Positions 14,219 to 26,100 of a stretch of DNA of 64,000 nt are shown here, piece after piece (position 1 is the stretch's first letter; each line of letters opens with the position of its first letter). The stretch comes from Octopus vulgaris. Its lineage: Eukaryota. The position numbers and the translations under genes are program-made. The notes beneath the pieces were generated by a model that searched no databases, was not told the DNA's origin, and saw only the letters and a list, made by a program, of their open reading frames with translations. The stretch is taken from positions 86,180,001 to 86,244,000 of the forward strand of contig OX597825.1 of NCBI GenBank assembly GCA_951406725.2, written 5' to 3'.

Positions 14219-14515
14219 GATGAGGAATTATGTACATTATTTGCATTTGACGGATATTTGTCCTCATCTTGTTTGTTGTTAACACAATGTTTCGGCTGAT
14301 ATACTCTCCAGCCTTTATCAGGTATCTTGGGAAAATTTTGAATCTGGGTTCTCGTTCCTAAGGTATTTTTTTGATATTATTATTATTATTATTATCATTA
14401 TTCAGGTCACTGCTTGGAATCGAACTTGGAATCTTGGGGTTAATAAGCCTATGGGCATATTGTGTAGTGGTTAAGAGCGAGAGCTACTAACCCCAAGATT
14501 CCGAGTTTGATTCTC
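14219..14515 (-). mobile_element. Composite non-autonomous retroelement: tRNA-derived head, (AAT)n, hammerhead-bearing 3' region, plus an inverted tRNA head
   Basis: Partial tRNA-like head on - at 14405-14447, fuller inverted head on + at 14452-14513 (A box TGTGTAGTGG, B box GAGTTTGATTC), (ATT)n at 14377-14402, hammerhead core at 14281-14326. Confidence 0.65.
14281..14326 (-). ncRNA. Degenerate minimal type I hammerhead ribozyme (Penelope-type)
   Basis: Minus strand: GATAC-CTGATAA-A-GGCTGG-AGAGTATA-TCAGCC-GAAA-CAT-T-GTGTT. Stem I GATAC/GTGTT, CUGAnGA core with G8>A, stem II GGCTGG/TCAGCC, GAAA, near-palindromic AACATT stem III (AACGTT with CpG decay). Confidence 0.65.
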
Positions 14516-15391
14516 CTTATTCTTGGACAATTTTTTTAGGTCTTGCATGGAAATATATTTTATTGCGCTAAGTTTAAAAACCTCTATCGGTAAGCAAATG
14601 CTATTTTGTCAGTATGTCTGTGAACAACATCAGGGAACTTTTCTTCTCCGTTTCTGTCTGTATATGTAGACATGTCCCAAATTCTTCTTCCTCTTCCATT
14701 TTTGGACACTGTCTATGGCATGCATTTATACCATCTGTTTGCCAATTTATGCTGTTGGCACAATTTCCAGTGCCTGTAGCTGCCTACTCTGTTGTGAATG
14801 TCAGTTTACTCAGGGTTTTTGTTTCTTTTTCTCTTTTTGCTTGTTTTCCTTAACCTTTTTTTGGAAACCACATGCCTCTGTCTTTCAAATAATTTGAAAA
14901 TAATAAAAAATTTACGAAAGTCATTTAGTAAAATGACAAACTTTTTAATGGTATATTAAGCTCTTTTAAGTTTTTACATAAAAATTAAAAGCACTTTAAG
15001 ACAGGTGTTTATGACTCAAAGAACAATGGTTCAGGTGAGTTGATATCAGAAACACCCAATGAGAGAGTCAACGGTTTCTTTCTGCTCACAACATATATCA
15101 CAACTATTACAAAATGTCTGTTTTATAACATTTTTTTTTTTTTGCTAAACATACATTGGTCTTTATTATTTTCAAAGAGGCTGAGAAGTATAACAATGAA
15201 AAAGAGGGGAGAAAAAGAAACACCGAGCAGACAGGATTGGAGATCAACCAGAGTTCAAATAATCAAGACAGACCCCTAAAAATTTATTCAGACTAGTGCC
15301 ATCATCTTAGCCCAGATAAATCAGTAGGTCAAACTAATTCCTCATCTCAGAAATTCAATCAAAAACTATTGATCTTATAGTGATTTAGATA

Positions 15392-15895
15392 TCTATATAT
15401 ATAAAACTCTAGTTGTGTGAGTGTCTGTCCCCTTCGATTTAGATTCCTAACTCCTCCCACATTTTGCGGTGCAGTTTAACCAAATTCGGGTATCTTATAG
15501 TCGTGATTCATATCGAGCTCGTCTGAGTATTAGCGCGCGTCAACGATGAGTCTACGATTTTAAAAATAATTTAACATCATTTTTTATTCCATTTTAATGC
15601 ATAAAATGCATCGTATGTCGATGGCGGCGGAGTTGGCGTCCACGCTCACAGCTGCACCTGTTTGCTTCTCCCCCTTCCCTCCCTCGTGAAGCTGTGGGGA
15701 AGGGAGTGTAAAGAAATCAACGTTGTAATGCGTTGTGAAGGAAATGCGTTCTTTTAGAACAACGACTTCATGGCTTGAAGACACCAAAACAAAAATGGCT
15801 AAGAAAGCCCGAATTTATAAGGGAAGTAACTCTCTAAAAATGCTTATAGAGTTATTTCCCTTACAAACCCGAGCAACGCCGGGCAATACTGCTAG
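15392..15895 (+). mobile_element. Non-autonomous Helitron (504 bp)
   Basis: Inserted between A and T. 5' end TCTATATATATAAAA, 3' end CTAG, GC-rich subterminal hairpin CCCGAGCAACGCCGGG (15868-15883) just before the CTAG. CpG-rich relative to flanks. Confidence 0.85.
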
Positions 15896-16657
15896 TTTGA
15901 TATATATTGATCTTACAGACAGACTTTAGTTCTGTAAGCATTTAGTCTTGATAGGATATTAGGACACTGAATTTGAGCTAGAGACCTTAAGTGTTGTTAA
16001 ATTATGGTCGTTTAACCTTGTGTCAGTCTTGGTCCAACAGTGGGATTTCGGGAAAATTTAGCTGCTAGTTTTAACAAGTCGAGTGATCACATAGTACCTT
16101 TCAGCACTGCAACCAGTGTTGGGATTTTTAGGGGTCTGTCTTGATCATTTGAACTCTGGTTGAGTACTGTCAAAGCAGAGTTTCTTTTTCTCCTCTCTCT
16201 CTCTCTTTCATTGTTATACTTCTCAGCCTCTTTGAAAATGGAGAACAATTACATCTCTCATGTTTCAGAACCATCTCTATCAGCCTATTGTTATCTACTG
16301 CTGTGTATTTGCATTAATTGTCATTTTCTGTGGCAGTTTTCTTATTGAAACAATTGTCTTCCTCCATCTTCTCTGATAAATATAGTTTGTCTCTGTAGCT
16401 TAGAGGTTGGTGTCATAGCATTCACAGAAAAACAACAAAATTAATGGCAGTATTAAATGATGTCTTGAATTGTTTGGTTTTTCTTTCCAATTTCATTAAT
16501 TTGTTCACCTTGTTTATTGAAGTTGGAAATTATATAATGTACATCTGACATATTGACGCTGATTACAATTAGTTCAGTCTTTGGTGTTCCCATCATCATC
16601 GTCATCATACTGGAAATTAGATGACAATTATGGTATATAGTTTGTATACAGACATAA

Positions 16658-16658
<1 letters not shown>

Positions 16659-16711
<53 letters not shown>
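16659..16711. repeat. (AAT)n microsatellite
   Basis: Uninterrupted AAT run. Confidence 0.95.
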
Positions 16712-16712
<1 letters not shown>

Positions 16713-17038
16713 TATGTCAATGAATGAGCCAACAGAGGGGGAAATATGTTTGTCTTATCTATAAAATTTCTACAGAAATGAAAAGACATCTTTTCAACAT
16801 GATTGACTTGATTACGACACCATCAGAATTTTATTTGCAAACTGTGAATATATGGGAGCCCACCATTGTCAACATTTCATGTTGCCTTTTGGGGCCTCAC
16901 ATTTCTATTTATTTTTATGTCACAATTTGTGAATGACTGCATTAACTGAATTGTTGGTTACAATATTTCTTGTAGACCAATCACAGCTTCACTCTGTTTC
17001 CAATAGTAACAAGGACAGCAAAGTGTCAGCATGTATTT

Positions 17039-17083
<45 letters not shown>

Positions 17084-17169
17084 GGCACACACATGGGTGG
17101 ATGCTGCATCTTCTCCACTACCTCCTATAATCACTTATCTCGATTCTTTGTGATCCCCTTCATGTGGTT

Positions 17170-17850
17170 CAACTTCTTGAGATCAGTTTTCACCATTTTG
17201 TCTCATGTCTTCTTAGGTCCCCTTCTGCCCTATGTCCTATCCACTTGGGGCACTTCTTTATACAGCTGACATCCCCTCTACCCAGCATAATCTTTTCTCT
17301 TGCATACTGCATCTTTTTAATTCCTCATATATATATATATATCCAGCTTTTTTCTCAGTCCATTTGAGCTCCACCGTTCATTGCACACTTTGTGATGCAT
17401 GCTTTCTTCATTTCTTTCTCACCTCCACAAATCCTCTGCATTCAAGGCCTACATCTCACTAACAGGCAGCATTGCACTTCTTGGTAACAAGAGAAACCTT
17501 TTGTTACCAGCAGAACTAATTAACACCCAGAACTTTTCCCATCCTGTTCTTATGCAGTTTACTATGTTTGAAGAATACTCTCCTCCACTGCTATTTAGGT
17601 CACCAAACTAACAAAAGCTACCAACTACTTCTACAGAGACTTGTGGGTATTTGAAAGAATCCATTTCATGTGTACTCTTACTGCTGACTGCTCCTGTACA
17701 TCTGCCTCATACAAAGACTACCTTCTCAGTCAGTCTACCTACAATCCCACCACATCTTTTGCACATCCATGCTTTACACAGGGTACACTATATGGAATTG
17801 CTAGTTGCTCCCTCCTATAAAGCACAACCATTTGCCTGATGGTAAGATGG
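17170..17850 (-). mobile_element. RTE-clade LINE 3' fragment (degraded ORF C-terminus)
   Basis: Minus-strand remnants PSGKW..SNSI*CTLCKAWMCKRCGGIVGRL...EVVGSFC*FGDLNSSGG...CIRTGWEKF...ERNEESM, typical of the post-RT region of invertebrate RTE elements. Confidence 0.7.
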
Positions 17851-18207
17851 TCCTGTTTTCATCCCTACTCGACCCCTCAATTCTAGGTGTTGCTTCCCAA
17901 TCTAGAATTCCTTTTCTAAATCTACAAATTTAGGTCATCATCATACAAGAGTTCTCACAGACAGTCTTAAATTCTTCTGTTATAATCTAAAAAAACTGTA
18001 ATGAGAAGGAGGTGGCTGAGAAAGGAGCCCTGATAGACATGTAGCTGCATACACATTGCTAACTCTGATCTTGCTGAATGCACCTCTCTACATGGCTTGC
18101 ATGACCCTCATCACAAGCCATTCGTCTACTCCTAACATCCTTAGAAACCTCAAGACTGCAGAGTCTGGAACCCTTTGTGGAACCTACCATATAAACATAT
18201 ACACACA

Positions 18208-18470
18208 TGCCAGTGGCACGTAAAAAGCACCATCCGAACGTGATTGATGCCAAGCCCACCTGACTGGCTCCTGTGCCGGTGGTACGTAAAAAGCACCCAC
18301 TACACTCTCGGAGTGGTTGGCAAAAGGAAGGGCATCCAGTTGTAGAAACATTGCCAGATCAGATTGGTGCCTGGTGCAGCCGCTGGCTCTCCAGGCTGCA
18401 GTCAAACTGTCCAACCCATGACAGCATGGAAAATGGGCGTTAAACGATGATGATCATCATCGTCATCATC
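18208..18470 (+). mobile_element. SINE-like family A copy with two 5' modules
   Basis: Two GGCACGTAAAAAGCACC-type units, core, (GAT)n tail. Confidence 0.85.
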
Positions 18471-20305
18471 ACACACACACACACACACATACACATTTAT
18501 ATGACAAGCTTCTGTCTAGTTTGCATCCATCAAATTTCATCCAGTGTGAAGCAATAGTAGAAGATACTTGCCCGAGGTAGCACACAACAGAATTGAACTC
18601 CAAACCATGAAGGCAAACTTTTTAACTGCACAACCATGTCTGCACCTACACTATCTGAATAAAAAATGCAATGGCCACCACTGGAACGGATTTCATCAAA
18701 AGTTTACTGGACCATAGCTGACCTAATTTAAACAATAATGACCTGTTTACAGCCAGGTAGATTGAGCTGTTGAAATTTATCTTAGTGACAGACACAAGGT
18801 GATAGCAATGACAACACAAAATAGTGGCCACTTAGCTGATTGTCCACCACTTTTGGTCAAACCTGCTGCTTTTAACAAGATGGGAATGAAAGAGAATTGT
18901 TTTAGCTTGAAAATAGAATGTTCTGAGAATCTGACAAAGAGCTTTTCAGACAATTCCATGAGGAAATATACCAATTAACTGTAGATGGTTTCATAGAACT
19001 TAACATTATCTATTTAGTATGAAGATGCTAAATAAAGAAAGACCTGCTGCATAGGTTATTGTTTTTGGATAAGTAACGGAATAAATAGTTTCTTAGTATA
19101 TAAACGATGGTATTGCAGGACTCTGTGTGTGCGTGTGTGTGTGTGTGTGTTGTGTTTGAAAACTGTATAGTTAATTTAAACAAATCAATCATCTTTTTAG
19201 AGAGGAGGTAAGTTGAAGCTGTGCCAGATGCAAAATAGTTCCAGAAGTCATGTGATTTCATTTTGGAATTTTGTTGGCTGCTGACCAAACCATCCAGTTA
19301 TTGCAACCAAAGTGAAGGTTGTTGAAAATAGAAACTCTATGTTTCTAAGTAGGCTGGCTTATTCAGGCTAAAATGAAAGAGAGAGAGAGAGAGAGAAATA
19401 AAAGGTTCAAGAAAATGAAAAAATGAGAAAAGAAAAAAGAATAGCAACTATTGTAATTAACGTGAAGTAATTTGGGTGGAGAATGGCAAGGAAAATGTTT
19501 AAAGACAAAATCAGAGAATAATTATAAATATATAAAGAAACAACTCTGATATTATGAAATATGAAGAAAATCTTAAAATAGCTGTTGGTTTGTTGAGTCC
19601 ACAAGGATATGGGTGTGTGTGGTAGGTAAGAGAGGGAGGAGAGGACGTAACGTTTGGAAATAAGACCATTTGTTTATTCTAGAGATGTGGAATCTCTGCA
19701 TCAATATGGTTGTTCTTTGAGTGTGGCTGTCCTCAAGCACTTGAGTATATTATGAGAAACCTCACTGTTTATGGTTCTGTATCTTCTGACTGGTCTTGTC
19801 ATCGGCTGAATCACTGCCTGACCAATCTGTCTTCAGGCAATCTGTCCTAATGTTCCAATGACCAAGAATTATCTGTTGTTGTTGCTGGTGTAATTACATA
19901 AGAAGACTTGCCATTTCTTGATAGCCTTTAACTAAACAATTTAATCATCATTGAGATATTATAAGTGAATATGAATATTAAGTTGAAGGCTGTTGTTTGG
20001 TTGCATTTGTATGGCATTGAGATGGGGTGGGGGTGGAATTTCCTTTCATAATGTGTTTCATAAGTTCAATCAATCAAAAGTTTTTAGTTTTATAAGCCTA
20101 ATTAGATGCTGTTGACAGTTTTGTTGTTTAACCATCATCATTGAACATCCGTTTTCCATGCTGTCATGGGTTGCATGGTTTGACAGGAGCTGGCAAGTTG
20201 GAGAGCTGCACCAGGCTCCAGTTGTCAAGGTTTCTATGGTTGGATGCCATTCCTAATGCCAACCACTTTACAGAGTACACTGGCACCAACACAGGTTGTC
20301 TTTAA

Positions 20306-20528
20306 CCCTTTCGTTACCAAACCGGCTGAAACTGGCTCTGGCTCTGAGTACAAATGCCTTGTTTTCATAAGTTTGGAATTAAAATCTTCCACCAAACCTT
20401 AGTCACAATTTATGTTCCTAACACTAGCTGAATGATAATAATTAAGTTATTTTACTAAATTCTTTGTTATATTTAAAGTAATTGAAAGGAACAGAGAACA
20501 TCCCAACAGAAATACAGAAACAAAAGGG
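20306..20528. mobile_element. piggyBac-like MITE
   Basis: TTAA|CCCTTTCGTTAC ... AAACAAAAGGG|CTAA: TTAA-type target site and CCC/GGG termini. Abuts a family A SINE (20131-20292, -). Confidence 0.7.
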
Positions 20529-20889
20529 CTAATGTCTTTGATTAAGGTCTTTTCCAACAATTAGATTGACAAGTCCAAAGTCATTGCACTGACCAATGAC
20601 CTGCTGATACCCATGAAGTAGGTTCAGTCTCAACATTTTCAGCTGCTCATCTCATATCTATTGTCCCCTTCATTTCACATTGCAACATATGGCTGCAGCT
20701 GCAATACTACGGGCATCTATGGTCTACAAAGATTCACAGACTACCACTTTGTATAACAACAACTGTTTTGCTCTGTCTCTGAATGTAATACTGGCCCATT
20801 CCATGAGCTCATACAACATTAGCAAAAGTTGATAGAAAGATGTTATCTTTTGATTTGTTTAAAAAAAAAATACGATTTTTTCATAGCCG

Positions 20890-21102
20890 TTGCCAGTACT
20901 GCCTGACTGGCCCTCATGCCAGTGGCACGTAAAAGCACCCACTACACTCATGGAGTGGTTGGCATTAGGGAGGGCATCTAGCTGTAGAAACTCTGCCAGA
21001 TCAAGATTGGAGCCTGGTGCAGCCATCTGGTTCACCTGTCCTCAGTCAAATCGTCCAACCCTTGCTAGCATGGAAAGCAGACGTTAAACGATGATGATGA
21101 TG
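20890..21102 (+). mobile_element. SINE-like family A copy
   Basis: One module, core, (GAT)n tail. Confidence 0.85.
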
Positions 21103-23198
21103 TTAAATGCACCTCTATGGCACAAGTGTGGACAAGGTTCTATTTGAAATTGTCTGTGTTGTCAAGTGCATGACTTCTCTTCCTCAGCCCTGCTATTAAG
21201 ATCTAACAGATAGCAAAGTAACATATTTTGGAATCTTAGCTGTAGAGGGCCCAACAATACATATGACAAGGCAAAGAGCCCATATGCAAGTGTAACAAGT
21301 GCTGATACCCATGCATGAGATTCTAAGCAGTTTTAGGAAAGTATTTCTCATAGCCTTGCTTATTTTTCATGCTGCCCTCTCATTGCTTACAGTGGAATGT
21401 TCTATCTTTACTTGGTACCTATTTGCAACCAGGTAGACTAACCAATAGGGATTTGTTTGTGTCTCCACCCCTTACTTTTTCAGCAAAAATAATACTCTAC
21501 AATAAGTACCAGGCTGAAAATAATTGAGTACTAGAGTCAATCTCAGTAACAAAACCCCAGCGTGTGTGTGTGCATGCATGCAGCAATGTGTGTGTGTGTT
21601 AAATGTCTTCCACACTGGCATGAGTTGGATGATTCGACAGGATTCAGCAAATCAAAGGGCTGTATCAAGCCCCAATGGCTGCTTTAGCATGGTTCCTAAT
21701 TCAGATGCCCTTCTTAATATGAACCACTTTACAAAATGTACTGGGTGCTTTTTTTTTTCATGGAGCCAGCACTGGAGAGGTCCCCAAGTAACCCACAAGA
21801 TTAAAAAGCTCCCTTTACTGAGTCGGGTAGAGTAGAAAGGGAAGCAGCTTTATAATAGGGGCTGAGAAGCTTATGTACAATAGAGGAACAGGAATAGGTT
21901 TCTTAGAGGAGATATGAGGCTACCTCATTATATAAGGGTAAAGATGGTGGTGGTGAGGTGCCAGGATGGACTCTCAAAATACAAAACAGTTAGGAAAAAG
22001 ACGGAATGGTGTCAGAATGTTGGGTGCAATGTAGGGAATGGCAAACAAAAGTGGGATGACGTTAGGAATGAAATAGGAGTGTCAATGAGAATTAGTTAAG
22101 AGGAGAGAAAATGAGATAACTGGTGGCATAGAAAGGGTGATCAGTGGAAAACAAAGGTGGAGAGGGATTGAGAATGAGGAATGGATGTCAAAGAGGAAGT
22201 GGTTCCAGCAAGAGAGAGAGGGAGAGAGAGAGAGTGATAGCTGAGAAAGGTGATGAAATATTTAGTCCTACTCATTTAATTACAGCATCAGATGAATGCT
22301 GTGGTTAGTATAGTGATGGAAGGATGAACGTTAGAAAGATAAAAAGGTGAGGAAAGCCTAGCAGGGATAAATTGGGCACAGAGTGCACATGCATGCATGC
22401 ACGCGTATGTACACACACATACGTATATACATATATAGAGATAAACATTCAGGAATTCAGACTTGAATGACACTGGTTTGATTGTACCAATGGTACTTTT
22501 TTGAAATTGAAGGAAAACAACCCCACTAACTGACTGAGTGTACCTTAATAAAAGAAAATGTCAAGATGTCGAGTATTCTAAATTCTTTTCACAAATTCTT
22601 ACTATGTTTGAAATATGTTTAAATTTCCACTTGTTTCAAAAAACCCTTAATTGCAGAATGGCCTTGTCCTCTTGGTCATAAATAGGTTCAACAGAATAGA
22701 AATATTCCTTCACACTATCATTTTTAGCTGAGTTTGCATACACCTACTTTATTATTCACTTTCAACCCAAGATAATCTAATTCTATCTCAGTTTCTTTCA
22801 TTTTGGTTGTGGACCCTAATTTTGATTAAGGTCCCAGTTTTGATAGATACACTGTAAACAGTCCATCTCATATTAGACTTTTCACACATTGGTGTCTACT
22901 GTTAGATTGGATATTTTACTTGTCTACGAGAAATTCCATGAAGATATCTTGAATGCCTTTGGCTAACGTATGGATGCCAGTCACAACTGCGATTTCCCTT
23001 GAAAATTCTCCCCAAGACTCTATGGTAGCATCATTGCTAATTCCACAAATACACTTTGTTTAAAGCCAACTTAACCATGTCCTCTTTCACCTCATCAGCA
23101 TCATCCTAATTTTTCTCTGTATTATGTTATTTTCATTCTTACTTTTTGGGGGAAAAAAATCTATTTCTGTAATTTTTTTTCTTTTTTCTTTTCCATAG

Positions 23199-26100
23199 AA
23201 TGTTGGTAAAATTGACACACAATCACAGCAGCAGCACCAACAGCAACTACAAAAACAGCAGCAACAACTACAACAACTGCAACAGCAGCAACTACAACAG
23301 CAGCACACTCTGTTATTACTGCAACGGCAGAAACTGCAACAGCAGCAACAACAGTCACTGCAACTTTATAAAACACAACAGAAACAGTTGCAACAACAGC
23401 AGCAGCACCTTCACCAACAGTACCACCTGCAGCAGCAGCATTTAGGTCAACAAAACATTAAAAATGTTGACAATGATAAACCAATTTTGGTGCCTGAAGC
23501 ACCATTTACAAGGAACGTTCCCAAAGTTTCTCGTATAAAACAGAAAAATAGATATCGCTCAACATGTCAATATGACAGACCAATTTCTTCCGGCGCCCTA
23601 AACAGACAGTCTTCGTATAGAGATTGGCCTCCAGTCAACTTGGGGAAGAATTTCCCCAGTTCTGCTGGAAAATGTAGTTCTTATGATTTCCCAGATTGCG
23701 TAAGAAAAACAGGTGCTACCACAGCAACTTGTTACAAAGACCGGGGTGGCGTTAGTGAGAGTGGTGGCGAGTGTATTGACAGTACTGAAGATGGTCCAAG
23801 TGATGCCTGTACATTGGACTACCAGACATTTGCCAAGTATGAGCATCAGAACAAGGTTGACTTTAGTTTAGCCTCTCATAAACATCTTCGGAAAAATAAT
23901 GGTGCTAGTTGTTCCGGGCCGTTTCCTGCTGAGTCTGCTTCGGATGTATTAAGTCGCTCTGATGTCTCACCTGACAGTGGAATTCAATCGTTCCCAGGCA
24001 CACCTGTAAGAAACGAATCCCCAAGTCATTTACTATTGCTTAATTCTGATAACCACATTGAAGGCAGCCAGTTACTGTCTAACAGCCAACTTAACCGATG
24101 TATTTCAACATTTCAAAAACCAACCAGTTTATCCCAGCAAAGTATTGCCACAACCACAACCACCACGACTATCAATACTGTTACTACCACTTCTACCACT
24201 TGTACCACCTCTCAGGTTACTCTCAGTTCAATTAGCTGTGATCTTAATAGACAAATCTGTGATATAAAAACAACTTCCTCGGCATCAGATTCAAAACACA
24301 TGGGAAGGAGGAGAGGTAGGGGGCGCCCTCCTAAAAGGGCAAAAAATTCATGGATATTACAAAACAAGAAGTCATTGATTTATGCTCACTTGTATGCCGA
24401 GACAAGAGAGCCCGAGGTAATAGAGAGGACCCCCTTTTCTAACAACATAACGTTGCCTGAACACATACAAGCCAACAATCATCACACAAAAGATGTCAAT
24501 GAATTTCCTTTTTGTCAACAAATGCCCCATAAGATTCTGGAAAGAAATTATTCGGCCGATATTCTAGGTAAATCTTTGTCTAGCTACCAAGGGTGCAGGT
24601 TCCAGCAAGACGATGGCAACCTTTCACCGATTCGGGAGAATAAACAGTCAGTCTCTGAGCATAACCTATCTAATAAGAAAGTCGCAAAGACTAAATCATT
24701 TGAACCATTTCTACAGAATACTAAAGCAACATTATTCGAGAAAAATAAAGATGTGAATTTGTCTGTTACCTCAAAACTACCAACTTGTGTCGATGAAAAA
24801 TCTGGCAACAATTCTAAAGCCTATGACAGTGTGTCATGCTTTGATAAGTTCAACATCCATTCAAATGGGAAGTCAAATCCAGTGCTTTGTACGAGTGTGG
24901 ACAGTGTAAGCAATGCTAGTAAAACATCTCAGTTGTCTTACCTTGCCAATCTCTTTGAATATGAGGGGTCACATGATAAACAACCCTGCTTGAACAAAAC
25001 CAGTGATTTATCTGCTGAGAAGAAAGGTAGTGAGTTGAATAATTCCACAGATATGAATGATATGTCTTACCTGAAATATGTAGATAACATGCATCCTGAA
25101 ATCTCCTCGAATTTCTCACGGGCCAAAAAGAAAGACAAACTGTGCAGCAAGAAAGCAGAGAGGCAAATGTTATCCTTGAACAGCAGTGAACAATCAGTTT
25201 GTCCATCATTAGCCAACTCCTCATCTACACAATACTCATCAGACATTTCAACCCACAAATTTGGTTCTTTAGTTAAAACAGTGGATGTTCTTTCAAGTAA
25301 GGAAAAAGTGGACTCTCTCTGTAAGAAAATGTGCATTTTTTCAGAAAACAAGAAAACTGATTCTGCATTTGATAAATCTTATTCTAAAAAATATAACTCA
25401 TCTAGTAAGTTAGATTGCATACCAGCATTGCAGAAGGCAGATTTTGATAATTATAAAGGCATCAAAGATTCATTACTCCCTAATCGCAGAATATATGAAG
25501 ATTCTCCACCAGTTCTAATGAAAGCTGAAGATTTGCCATGCTCTGAAAAAGTCAAAGATCCACCTTGTTTGGAAGAATATTGTTTGCCTGGAGTTAAAAA
25601 GACTGAAACCAAACGTAAAAAGGCTGAAAATATGCCGAAAATTAAGAAAGCTGAAAAGCAGTTTGTTCCTATTAAACAGGATCTATCCAAGCCCAAGACT
25701 GACAGTTTTGTTCCTCCAAATGTCGAAAATGGTAAGATTCTTGAAGATTTTCGGTTGTCAAAATCTGAAAAGGCTGAGCCAATAAATGACATTGTTAGTA
25801 ATTCTTTTGGGAAGAAATTAGATTCTAAAATGAAAGACGAACAGGTGAAATCCATGTTGGAACCCAAAGAGGGCGATGAAAGTAAAAAGGTGAAGGTAGG
25901 CAAAACTGGTAACACACTGTTGAAAAAATGTAATCTAGCAGAACAGAATAGTGAAACTTGTTTAATGCAGTCGAATAAGAAAGTTTCTGTTAAGAAATCT
26001 GAAGAAAAATTAGAATCTAAAAATATAAATATGAATTATGTATCAAAAAATACTGATTTATCATCAGCTCCATTAACCCCAGTAGTGTCCAGATGTGAGG

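Noticed and set aside
14452-14513. Possible tRNA gene (also heads at 7596, 30079, 45351, 58454)
   Set aside because: No complete cloverleaf or acceptor stem; embedded in repeats, so these are SINE heads.
23087-23445. Cys-rich, Val/Ala-rich and Asn-rich ORFs
   Set aside because: Alternative-frame and antisense shadows of the CAG/CAA polyQ tract of the real exon.
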